DNA from: Candidatus Krumholzibacteriia bacterium
GTDB lineage: Bacteria; Krumholzibacteriota; Krumholzibacteriia; LZORAL124-64-63
DNA: 64,000 nt
NCBI GenBank assembly: GCA_050174015.1
Contig: JBFXKG010000005.1
Span: forward strand, 1 to 64,000
Direction: 5' to 3'
Part shown: in pieces, positions 9,446 through 18,715 of the stretch
Layout of the letters: every line of letters starts with the position of its first letter
Position numbering within the stretch: the first letter of the stretch is position 1
The notes under the pieces: model-generated
Told to the model about the DNA's origin: nothing
What the model saw: the letters and a program-made list of their open reading frames with translations, nothing else
Database searches by the model: none
Position numbers and translations under genes: made by a program

Positions 9446-12115
9446 ATGACAGTCCGCTTCAAGCCCACCCTGGTGCTGCTCGCCCTCATCCTGCTTGCGG
9501 CCACTTCCGTTTTCGCAGCGACGACCCGTGAATTCGCGCCCGTCCAGAACGGCTTCTCGCCCACCGGCGACCAGGTCGAGCTGTACGCGCCCGGACGCGT
9601 GCTGGTGAAGTTCCATGCCGACGCCATCGCCGAATCCCGCCTCGGGATCCCCCTGGAGAAGGGTGCGGTCCTGTCCGGCGGCGTCACGGGACTCGCCGGC
9701 TTCGACGCCCTGGCCGCCCGGGCCGGGGTCACGCGCATCGAACGGCCCTTCATCACGCCCCGGAACCTGGACAAGGCGGCCGAGCTCGGCACCGACCGCT
9801 GGTTCATGCTGCAGGTGGCGGACGGCGACATGGTCGAGCTGGCCGGGATCCTGGCCGGCGACCCCGCGGTGGAGATCGCCCAGCCGGACTGGCGGGCGTT
9901 CCCGGCCTCGGTGCCCAACGATCCGCTTTACCCCGACCACTGGGGCCACAACAACACCGCCCAGATGATCAGCTACGACTGGTCGACCTACAGCCACACC
10001 GGCCCCACGGTCGGGACGGTGGGCTTCGACGCCAACGCGGAGGCGGCGTGGAGCACGACCTACGGCGATCCCGGCGTGATCGTCGCCATCATCGACAGCG
10101 GCGTGGACATCTACCACGAAGACCTGAACTGCATGGCCGGCTACGACTTCGGGGACGGGGACACCAACCCCATGGACGACAGTCGCGCGCCTGGCCACGG
10201 GACCTGCTGCGCCGGGGTGACGGCCGCCGTCGCGGGCAACGGCACGGGGATCGTCGGCATCGCCGGGGGCAGCACGATCATGCCGGTCAAGGTGGCCGAC
10301 CGCCGCGGCAGCATGTACTTCTCGGCGATCACCAACGGCATCTACTACGCGGCGGACAACGGCGCGGACGTCATCAGCATGAGCCTGGGCGCGGCGATCA
10401 CCACGGACGCCGCCACCGACGCCGCCCTCCAGTACGCCTACAACGCCGGCTGCACCATCCTGGCGGCCACGGGCAACGAGAACAACAGCGTCATCAGCTA
10501 TCCGGCCATCAACGCGTACGTGATCGGCGTCGGCGCGGCCTCGCCCTGCGGGGACCGCAAGCGGTCGTCGAGCCTCTCCACGGAGCTGAATCCCGGGGTC
10601 ATCGCCGATCCCAACGGGTACACCTGCGACGGCGAGCGCTGGTGGGGTTCGAACTACGGCTCGACCACCAAGGACCACGCCGGAGCCGTGGACGTCATCG
10701 CTCCGACCATCGTCCCGACCACCGACATCAGCGGCAGCGCGGGGTACGACGCGGGCAACTACGACATGTTCTTCAACGGCACCAGCTGCGCGACTCCCTA
10801 CGCGGCCGGCGTCTGCGCCCTGATCAAGTCGGCGTTCCCCAGCTACACCCCGGCCCAGGTCCGCGACAAGCTGACCGGCACCGCCATCGACATCGTGAAC
10901 GTGGAATCGGGCGGCGGCTGGGACCGCTATTCGGGCTACGGCATGGTGGACGCCGCGGCGGCCGTCGGCGGCGGCACGGTCCTGAATCCGCCGGTGGCCG
11001 GCTTCACCGGCACGCCCACCAGCGGGGACTACCCCCTGGCCGTGCAGTTCACCGACCAGTCCACCAACTCGCCGACCAGCTGGAGCTGGGCCTTCGGCGA
11101 CGGCGGGACCTCGACCGCCCAGAACCCGTCCCACACCTACAACGCCGCCGGCTCCTACACCGTCTCGCTGACGGTGGCCAACGCCGACGGCGGCGACACC
11201 GAGACGAAGACGGGCTACATCACCGTGACGGAGCCCTCGGTGCCGACCCCGCCGGTGGCGGCCTTCACCGGCACGCCCACCAGCGGGGACTACCCCCTGG
11301 CCGTGCAGTTCACCGACCAGTCCACCAACACGCCGACCAGCTGGAGCTGGACCTTCGGCGACGGGGGGACCTCGACCGCCCAGAACCCGTCCCACACCTA
11401 CACGGCAGCCGGCGCCTACACCGTCTCGCTGACGGTGGCCAACGCCTACGGCGGCGACACCGAGACGAAGACGGGCTTCATCACCGTGACCGAGCCCCCC
11501 GTGGGCGGCACGATGCACGTGGCGGACATCGTGGTGACGCGCGTGCTCAGCGGCCGCAAGTACTACGGCCGGGCCGTGGTGACGGTGGTCGATGACGGCG
11601 GGGCGCCGGTGGCCGGTGCCACGGTGACCGGCCTGATGACCGGGGACGCCGCCGAGACCCTGTCCGGCGTGACGGGCACGGACGGGGCGGTGACCCTGAC
11701 CACGCTCAGGAAGTCCTACGGGACCACGGACTACTGCTTCGAGGTGACCGGGGTGACGCATGCCTCGTTGACCTACGATGCGGGATCCAACCTGGTCACG
11801 AAGTCCTGCGAGGGCGGCGACGTCTTCGGCGCCGGCGAGCGGTTCCTGCCGGACAGCGTGGTCCTGGGGCAGAACTCGCCGAACCCGTTCAATCCCCGGA
11901 CGACGATCACCTTCAGCCTGCCCGCGTCGGGCCACGTCCGCCTGGCCGTCTACAACGTCAAGGGCCAGCTGGTCGAGACGCTGGCCGACGGGGCCTACGG
12001 CGCCGGCGCCCACACCTTCGCCTGGGACGCGAAGGACAGTCCCAGCGGCGTGTACTTCTACCGGCTGGAAACGAAGAATTCCAGCGAGACGCGTAAGATG
12101 ATCATGTTGAAATAA
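9446..12115 (+). CDS. Secreted S8 subtilisin-like protease with two PKD domains and FlgD/Por-secretion-type C-terminal domain
   Basis: IIDSG, HGT, ATGN, NGTSCATP catalytic motifs; WSWxFGDG PKD x2; QNSPNPFNP...SGVYFYRL...RKMIMLK tail. Confidence 0.92.
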   Translation: MTVRFKPTLVLLALILLAATSVFAATTREFAPVQNGFSPTGDQVELYAPGRVLVKFHADAIAESRLGIPLEKGAVLSGGVTGLAGFDALAARAGVTRIERPFITPRNLDKAAELGTDRWFMLQVADGDMVELAGILAGDPAVEIAQPDWRAFPASVPNDPLYPDHWGHNNTAQMISYDWSTYSHTGPTVGTVGFDANAEAAWSTTYGDPGVIVAIIDSGVDIYHEDLNCMAGYDFGDGDTNPMDDSRAPGHGTCCAGVTAAVAGNGTGIVGIAGGSTIMPVKVADRRGSMYFSAITNGIYYAADNGADVISMSLGAAITTDAATDAALQYAYNAGCTILAATGNENNSVISYPAINAYVIGVGAASPCGDRKRSSSLSTELNPGVIADPNGYTCDGERWWGSNYGSTTKDHAGAVDVIAPTIVPTTDISGSAGYDAGNYDMFFNGTSCATPYAAGVCALIKSAFPSYTPAQVRDKLTGTAIDIVNVESGGGWDRYSGYGMVDAAAAVGGGTVLNPPVAGFTGTPTSGDYPLAVQFTDQSTNSPTSWSWAFGDGGTSTAQNPSHTYNAAGSYTVSLTVANADGGDTETKTGYITVTEPSVPTPPVAAFTGTPTSGDYPLAVQFTDQSTNTPTSWSWTFGDGGTSTAQNPSHTYTAAGAYTVSLTVANAYGGDTETKTGFITVTEPPVGGTMHVADIVVTRVLSGRKYYGRAVVTVVDDGGAPVAGATVTGLMTGDAAETLSGVTGTDGAVTLTTLRKSYGTTDYCFEVTGVTHASLTYDAGSNLVTKSCEGGDVFGAGERFLPDSVVLGQNSPNPFNPRTTITFSLPASGHVRLAVYNVKGQLVETLADGAYGAGAHTFAWDAKDSPSGVYFYRLETKNSSETRKMIMLK
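10988..11495 (+). repeat. Near-identical tandem duplication (261-bp period) encoding PKD domains
   Basis: Copies begin CCGCCGGTGGC at 10988 and 11249, with long identical stretches. Confidence 0.9.
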
Positions 12116-12138
12116 ACGGGATCCCTCGGGATTCCTGC

Positions 12139-12177
12139 CGACTGCGGCCGCCGGAGGACATCCGGCGGCCGCGGTCG
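12139..12177 (+). terminator. GC-rich hairpin after the S8 gene
   Basis: CGACTGCGGCCGCCGGA-GGACA-TCCGGCGGCCGCGGTCG; weak U-tract. Confidence 0.55.
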
Positions 12178-12914
12178 TTCCGGCGGCGGCCGGGCCCGGA
12201 GAATGAAACCCCGTTGTCGCGGAGCGGGGTGAATTTGTTGCCCCGCAAGCGGTAGGACCGGAAAGAAATTCACCTCCGGAGGGGCGCAGGGATCGCCGGA
12301 ACCGAAGTGGCTCCTGCTCGAATCGGTGGTTTGGAGAGGGGATTCGCAGTCCGTTCCCCTAATGTACCGGCGGCGGCGGCATGGTACGGTTCCTGCCAAG
12401 GGCCTCCCTCGATCGTGTGCCGGACCGATCCGGCAATCCCCTCCAGGGGGTGGATCGACCGGCCCGGCCGGTCCTCGGGTCGGCGCACCACAGGGGACCC
12501 GGAGAAAATGTGAGCGTTTCGTCAAACGAGCCTGAAGTCCTGGAAAATTCACGCAAAAGCCCGGTGCGGAGCGCCTATTAAATGGTTGACACTGCTTTTT
12601 ATTTCTGTTTACTTGAACCCGCTGAAGAGCCAAAAAGAATGGTTGGCAGGTCTGCCGATTTGGTGCAGAATGCCACCAGCAAGGGGCAGTGTGACTCTTT
12701 TCCATTGAACACGGAGGTGCCCCCCAAACAAAGCCGGTGCGATGATCTTGGCGTGATCATGTCCGAGTCGTCGCCATTGGTGTTTGCAGGGGACTGGAAA
12801 GAGGAGGCTGGTTAAAGAGGGCAAAAGAACCGTTTTGTGGATTCTGGAGATGTGAACCGTTGTCCATGGTGAAAGTCCGGTAGCTTACCGACCAACAGGT
12901 GGAGGAAAAGCCCA

Positions 12915-15900
12915 ATGAGAAAACTCGTTTTGTTCACGGCCATGGCGGCCATCCTCTTTGCCTTCGGGTGTAACGAGGAAAACGTGTACCAGCCCGATGC
13001 GAATGAAGACGGACGCGTCATCGGGACCATCCAGGGTGTGGTGAGCGACGCTGCCGACGCCACCCTCCTGCCTGGTGTCGAAGTGAGCACCACCACTCGT
13101 GGCGAACACGTGACGACGATCACGGATGCCACGGGTCACTACTCGTTCACGAACCTCGATCCCGGCACCTACGTCCTGACCTTCGTCTTCCCCGAGGACA
13201 AGGTCGTCAAGGACGCGTACGCCGGCGTGTTCGGCGAAGCCTACATCCCCACCGTGGATGAGATTCGCGAGACCTACTACGACGAATTCGGCAGCTACCC
13301 GAACGACGTCGACTTCCGGCACGAGGTCGAGGCCAACGTCAACCTGTATCCGCTGAACGGCTCGGCCGAGGGCTACGTCTTCGTGACGGTGGACGCCCAG
13401 AGCGAGGTGCCCGCCGTGGGCGCCACGATCCTGGCCGACTTCGGCGTCGAGACCAAGGACTACTCGGGCTGGACCTACGCCCTCATCGACCACGAGTGGT
13501 TCGCCACCACCGGCGAAGACGGCATGTACAGCTTCACCGGCCTGCCCACCGGCGTGGACGGCATGCTGCGCTGCCTGCCCTACAACCACGGCGGCGACTA
13601 CTACGAACAGCAGAACCAGTCCCTGTACCTCGAGGACGGCGGCCACTTCCTGGCCGACGACTTCGTCCTGGGCGAGGCCGACGCTCCGATGATCATCGCC
13701 CAGAACTGGGACGACGACGTGCCCTTCCCGGCCGGCGGCTCCTTCTCGGCCACCTTCAACATGCCCATGGATCCCGCGACCTTCGTCGCCACCCTGAACT
13801 GGTACGACAAGCAGCTGGTCCCCGTGACGGTCAGCTGGAACGGCAACACCGTGACGGTCGATCCCGATCAGGACATGGTCGTGGGCGGGGAGTACTACCT
13901 GACCCTGGCCGGCTGGTCCACCGACGGCCAGCCCTTCGAGGCCCACAGCTGGTACGTCGACATCGTGGCCGGCGTGCCCGCCACGGTCATCGCCTGGAAC
14001 TTCGACGACGTTCCGTTCCCCGTGGACGGCAACCCGACGTTCACCTTCAACATGGCGATGGATCCCGCGGCCTTCGAGATCTGGTTCGGCTACGACAAGC
14101 TGGGCGACATCGTGTTCGACGCCACCTGGAGCGAGGGCAACACCGTGCTGACCCTCGATCCCGTGATCGACCTCGACGACGACAGCTACTACTACATCCA
14201 GCTGAACGGCAAGAACGCCGCCGGCATCAACTACTACGGCAACTTCTACCTCTTCACCGAGGCCTACCAGGACGTCGTGGTGCAGGACACCAACCTCCCC
14301 GAGGACGGCGAGGACTTCCCCTACGACGCCAACCCGTTCGTGACCTTCAGCGAGCCGATGGATCCCTCCATGGGCATCGAGCTGACCCGCGGCGGCACGC
14401 CTCTGGACTTCGCTGCGGCCTGGTCCAACGGCAACGCCACCGTGACCATCACCCCGACGCTGCCCTTCGAGATGGGCGTGCAGTACCGCCTGGTGTTCGA
14501 CGGCACCAACGCCCCCGGCACCGTGGACTTCTACTGGTCCAAGTACTTCACGACCTTCATCGGCGATGACGCCTTCATCGTGACCACGAACACCGAGGAC
14601 GACGACGTCCCGGTGGACGGCAACATCGAGGTCATGTTCAACAAGCCGATCGACCGCGAGACCCTCGAGGTTTCGTTCAGCGGCCTCAGCAACCCGCTGT
14701 ACGGCACGGTGACCTGGGTCGACGACGAGAACATCGTCTTCAATCCCGACGCCCAGCTGTATCCCGCCACGACCTACACCTTCTGCGTGGAGGGTACGGC
14801 CCAGGACGGCGGCGACCTGGACGAGTGCTTCACCTTCGACACCGCCGGCGGCATCGAGATGGTCTGGAACAACATCCGCCAGCTCGACGGGACCTACGAC
14901 GGCTTCCCGATCGTCAGCAACATCGAGATCAAGTTCAACATGATGGTGAACCTCGACGCCGAGGGCACCAACATCATGCTGACCCGGAACGACTTCGGTC
15001 CTCCGGTGGAAGTCCTCTTCGTCGAGTCGCTGTCCGGTGACGGGCTGACTCTGATCGTCGATCCCGACCAGAACCTGCAGCTGGACACCGAGTACACGAT
15101 CTCCTGGACCGTGGGCTCGTACCTGCTGGACGACATGACCAGCGGCAGCATCACCTTCAACACCGAAGTGACGCCGCCCGCTCCCGTCGTGGCCGTCTCC
15201 GGCGTGGTCCTGGACGAGGAATGGGAAGGCAACTACGACGAGACCTCGGTGGAGTTCACCTGGGCCAAGGACCCGAACGCCACCTGGTACTACATCTACG
15301 CGAAGTACGCCGACGCGGCGAAGGACGACTTCATCCGCGTGGCCAGCATCGCCCAGCCCATGGACGATGAGACGACGGTCACCGGCACGGTCGACCTGAC
15401 CGGCGGCATCGCCGACCCGGACTTCGACGAGTTCTTCGACACCCGCGACGACGACACGCCCCAGACCCCGTTCGAGGGCGGCGCCGTGCTGGAGTTCAAG
15501 ATCACGGCCTTCAACTCCCTGGGTGAAGGCCCGGCCAGCGGCATCGTCACGGTCGAGGACGTCTTCGGTCCCGACGGCGACTTCATGGCCCAGGACTCCG
15601 ACGTCGACGGCGATCCCCTGACGGTCAGTCCCGAGGACGGCACCGCCGACGACACGGCCTTCGCCGACGAGGCTGACCTGGTCGTCATGCTGCAGTTCGA
15701 CGCCGACGAGTACCTCGACCACGACACCGTTCCGGTCGTCACGATCACCGAGGACTACGACAACAACGGCGGCGACCCGGACTACATGGGCACCGTGGGT
15801 GACATCACCTTCGAGGACATGGACGGGTACACCACGATCTGGGTCGAAGTCATCGTGGCCGACGGCATGAACGGCTCCGGCGACCTGGTTGCGATCGAAG

Positions 15901-17549
15901 GCTTCCTCGACAGCAGCGGCAACGCCGTGGCCGAGGACACCGTCATCGATCCCTGGGTCCTGGTCGACACCACGCCTCCTTCGGGCGAGTTCACCGCTCA
16001 GGCCGCCTCGGCGGACAACTCCGGCGGCGTGGCCGTCCTGGAGTTCGACGTCACCTTCACGGCCACCGAGCTGCTCGATGAGACCGTCGCCCCCACCGTG
16101 GTCATCACGGACGGCGGCGAGGTCAGCGACCTCGCGACCTACACCGGCACCTACGCCTACAGCGTGGTCGACGGCGTCTCGGTCGTGACCCTGACCCTGT
16201 CGGTCGCCATCGGCCAGAACGCGGCCGAGGACATCGTCTCGATCAACGGGCTGACGGACCTGGCCCCCGTGCCGAACGTCCAGACCGTCGCGGTCGAGTG
16301 GGCCCTCCTGGACACCACCGCCCCCGGCGGGGACTGGACCGCCCAGTCCGCCAGCGCCCAGAACTACACCGGCGCCGACGCGACCATCACGGTCACGTAC
16401 ACCGCCAGTGAGCTCCTGGACCACGACGTGGCTCCCACCTTCTCGGTCGCCGACGGCGGCTACCTGACCGAGCTGGCCGTGGACGCCGCGAACGTGGTGT
16501 TCGCGGACGTGGCCGGCGCCACCTCCGAGTTCGTCACCGAGGTCAGCTTCGACCTGACGATCCCCGCCGGCGACAACGCCCAGGGCGACATCGTGACGGT
16601 CTCCGGCCTGACCGACATCTACGGCAACGTGGACGCCGCCACCTACGACTGGACCCTGCTGGATACGACGGCTCCCGCCGCCCCGGTGGGCCTGGCCGCC
16701 ACCGCGTCCGAGGACTATGACGCCTCGGTCGCCCTGGACTGGACGGACAACACCGAAGCCGATCTGGCGACCTACACGGTCTACCGCGGCACCGCGCCCG
16801 GTGGCCCGTACACGGAAATCGCGACCGGCGTCGCCACCAGCGACTACACCGACGACACCGCGGTGCTGGGCACGACCTACTACTATGTCGTGACCGCCGT
16901 CGACGACTCGGCCAACGAGTCGGCGAACAGCGCCGAGGTGTTCGACACCCCGGTCGACACCACCGATCCGGCCCAGGCGCAGAACCTGACCGCCGTCGGC
17001 TCGCTGGACGCCCCCGCCACCATCACGGTGAACTGGGACGACACTACCGAGCCCGCCGAGAACTTCGACCACTACAACGTGTACCGCTCGTTGGTGGCGA
17101 ACTTCGGCACCGCGGCCCTCGTGTCCTCGCCGACCATCAGCGAGGGTGTGGATCCCACCGTGGCCTTCCTGACCAACTACTACTACTGGGTTACCGTCGT
17201 CGACGACGCCGGCAACGAGAGCGCCGAAGTCATCGTGGGTCCCGCCGCCGCCGTCAACACGACGCCTCCTGCGGTTCCCGCCGACCTCGCCGCCTCGAAC
17301 ACCGGCGCCGGTGAGATCACGGTGACCTGGACCGACAACACCGAGGTCGACCTGGCCGGTTACCAGATCTGGATCAACAACGCCTCGCCCGCCACCGGTG
17401 GGACGGACGTCGTGCTGGCGGCTCCTGCCAACAGCAACGTCTTCGCTGGACTGGCTGCTGGCGACTACTACTTCACGATCCGCGCGGCCGACGATGCGGG
17501 GAACAACTCCGCCTACGCCGCCGAGATCGGTCCCATCACCGTTCCCTAA
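12915..17549 (+). CDS. Large acidic surface lipoprotein with carboxypeptidase-regulatory-like, Ig-like and FN3 repeats (S-layer/adhesin candidate)
   Basis: Lipobox LFAFG-C; SD GGAGG; repeats TFNxPMDP...TVTVDP; FN3-like WTDNTExDLAxY, YYYVVTAVDDxxNES. Confidence 0.8.
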   Translation: MRKLVLFTAMAAILFAFGCNEENVYQPDANEDGRVIGTIQGVVSDAADATLLPGVEVSTTTRGEHVTTITDATGHYSFTNLDPGTYVLTFVFPEDKVVKDAYAGVFGEAYIPTVDEIRETYYDEFGSYPNDVDFRHEVEANVNLYPLNGSAEGYVFVTVDAQSEVPAVGATILADFGVETKDYSGWTYALIDHEWFATTGEDGMYSFTGLPTGVDGMLRCLPYNHGGDYYEQQNQSLYLEDGGHFLADDFVLGEADAPMIIAQNWDDDVPFPAGGSFSATFNMPMDPATFVATLNWYDKQLVPVTVSWNGNTVTVDPDQDMVVGGEYYLTLAGWSTDGQPFEAHSWYVDIVAGVPATVIAWNFDDVPFPVDGNPTFTFNMAMDPAAFEIWFGYDKLGDIVFDATWSEGNTVLTLDPVIDLDDDSYYYIQLNGKNAAGINYYGNFYLFTEAYQDVVVQDTNLPEDGEDFPYDANPFVTFSEPMDPSMGIELTRGGTPLDFAAAWSNGNATVTITPTLPFEMGVQYRLVFDGTNAPGTVDFYWSKYFTTFIGDDAFIVTTNTEDDDVPVDGNIEVMFNKPIDRETLEVSFSGLSNPLYGTVTWVDDENIVFNPDAQLYPATTYTFCVEGTAQDGGDLDECFTFDTAGGIEMVWNNIRQLDGTYDGFPIVSNIEIKFNMMVNLDAEGTNIMLTRNDFGPPVEVLFVESLSGDGLTLIVDPDQNLQLDTEYTISWTVGSYLLDDMTSGSITFNTEVTPPAPVVAVSGVVLDEEWEGNYDETSVEFTWAKDPNATWYYIYAKYADAAKDDFIRVASIAQPMDDETTVTGTVDLTGGIADPDFDEFFDTRDDDTPQTPFEGGAVLEFKITAFNSLGEGPASGIVTVEDVFGPDGDFMAQDSDVDGDPLTVSPEDGTADDTAFADEADLVVMLQFDADEYLDHDTVPVVTITEDYDNNGGDPDYMGTVGDITFEDMDGYTTIWVEVIVADGMNGSGDLVAIEGFLDSSGNAVAEDTVIDPWVLVDTTPPSGEFTAQAASADNSGGVAVLEFDVTFTATELLDETVAPTVVITDGGEVSDLATYTGTYAYSVVDGVSVVTLTLSVAIGQNAAEDIVSINGLTDLAPVPNVQTVAVEWALLDTTAPGGDWTAQSASAQNYTGADATITVTYTASELLDHDVAPTFSVADGGYLTELAVDAANVVFADVAGATSEFVTEVSFDLTIPAGDNAQGDIVTVSGLTDIYGNVDAATYDWTLLDTTAPAAPVGLAATASEDYDASVALDWTDNTEADLATYTVYRGTAPGGPYTEIATGVATSDYTDDTAVLGTTYYYVVTAVDDSANESANSAEVFDTPVDTTDPAQAQNLTAVGSLDAPATITVNWDDTTEPAENFDHYNVYRSLVANFGTAALVSSPTISEGVDPTVAFLTNYYYWVTVVDDAGNESAEVIVGPAAAVNTTPPAVPADLAASNTGAGEITVTWTDNTEVDLAGYQIWINNASPATGGTDVVLAAPANSNVFAGLAAGDYYFTIRAADDAGNNSAYAAEIGPITVP

Positions 17550-17573
17550 ACTCTTCCTGACCTGAGGAAGACC

Positions 17574-17605
17574 AACCGGGGAGGCTTCGGCCTCCCCGGT
17601 TTTTT
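17574..17605 (+). terminator. Rho-independent terminator
   Basis: AACCGGGGAGGC-TTCG-GCCTCCCCGGTT followed by T-run; a second hairpin lies at 17612-17638. Confidence 0.9.
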
Positions 17606-17667
17606 GATGATGAAGGGGAGGCCGCGGCCTCCCCCTTCCGTATTTCCAGGCGGGAACTGCGCCGGAA

Positions 17668-18711
17668 CTAGATCCTGATCACGAAGACGTGCCGGTAGGC
17701 CGGTTCGGAGCTTTCGAGGGGGAAGACGAATTCCTGCAGGAAGAGGTTGACCGCCCGCCCGAGGTCCCGGCTCAGGCCCATCATGTCGAACATGACCGAG
17801 TAGACCCAGTTCTGCAGGGAATGGTTGGGATGGCGGTCGTAGTCCAGGCCCAGGCCTTCGAGCAGACGGGCGACTTCCTCCACGGGCGGCAGGCCGTTCT
17901 CCCGGTGCTCCTTCAGCCAGCGGTGGCCGGGCAGCAAATCCAGGAGGAATCGTTCGTGCAGCGTGGCCTCGGCGCAAGGGAAGGAGAACACCACGCGCCT
18001 GCGGGCCAGCCGGACCAGTTCCTGCAGGAAGGCGGCCCGGTCGGCGGGCAGGACGTGCTCCAGGACGTCGGCCGCGACCACGACATCGTAGGAATCGTCG
18101 GGCAGCCCCGTGCCCTGATCGCGGGTGATGAGGCCGTCGAACGTCTCGTAGGCGGCCCCGGGCAGGAAGTCCAGCAGGGCGGCGTCCTCGCCCCCGACGT
18201 CCAGGACGCTGGGCGCCTCCCCGGGCTGCGGCGCCACCTGACGGGCGATGCCCATGAGGCGGACGTACCGTTCGTAGCCCAGGTCGGGGAACAGGGGTCG
18301 CCCGTCGGCGGCATGGGTGCGGGGAGCCGCGGGATGCTTGTTCGCCGCGGCCATCGCCATGATGCAGGCCACCGTGACCGCGGCGTTCTCCACCCCGTCC
18401 AGGGCGGGGATCCCGTACTTCGCGCACAGCTCGATGATGGCGGGAGCGGGGGCGTCCTGCCGGGTGCCGCAGAGCAGGCACTTGCTCCCGTCGGCCGCGA
18501 CGAAGGTCTCGAGGTAGCCGTGGTCCGTATGGAAGGGGATCCCGGCCTCCGTCAGGGCCCCGGTGCGGGCCCCGGGCAGGACGCCGACGTCCACCACGAC
18601 GCCCCTGGTGAGCAGGACCTTGATTCCCGGGAGCAGGGTGCGCTCGGGGTCGGGACCTCCCCAGAGGACGGCCACCCTCAGGGAGGCGGGATAGAAGTCG
18701 GGGGCGCTCAT
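17668..18711 (-). CDS. Methyltransferase-domain protein with N-terminal GT-B-like lobe
   Basis: VLDVGG, YDVVVAADVLEHV, FLQELVRLARRRVV; N-terminus resembles that of the upstream gene. Confidence 0.7.
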   Translation of the reverse strand: MSAPDFYPASLRVAVLWGGPDPERTLLPGIKVLLTRGVVVDVGVLPGARTGALTEAGIPFHTDHGYLETFVAADGSKCLLCGTRQDAPAPAIIELCAKYGIPALDGVENAAVTVACIMAMAAANKHPAAPRTHAADGRPLFPDLGYERYVRLMGIARQVAPQPGEAPSVLDVGGEDAALLDFLPGAAYETFDGLITRDQGTGLPDDSYDVVVAADVLEHVLPADRAAFLQELVRLARRRVVFSFPCAEATLHERFLLDLLPGHRWLKEHRENGLPPVEEVARLLEGLGLDYDRHPNHSLQNWVYSVMFDMMGLSRDLGRAVNLFLQEFVFPLESSEPAYRHVFVIRI

Positions 18712-18715
18712 GGTC

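Noticed and set aside
12780..12900. c-di-GMP-I riboswitch (GGCAAA seen)
   Set aside because: The downstream GACGCAAAGC/P2 elements are absent
12885..17072. 1395-aa antisense ORF (and similar long shadow ORFs such as 9311-12013, 6302-9088, 30461-33262, 45376-47706)
   Set aside because: Mirror frames of well-supported genes caused by high GC codon bias; no recognisable motifs
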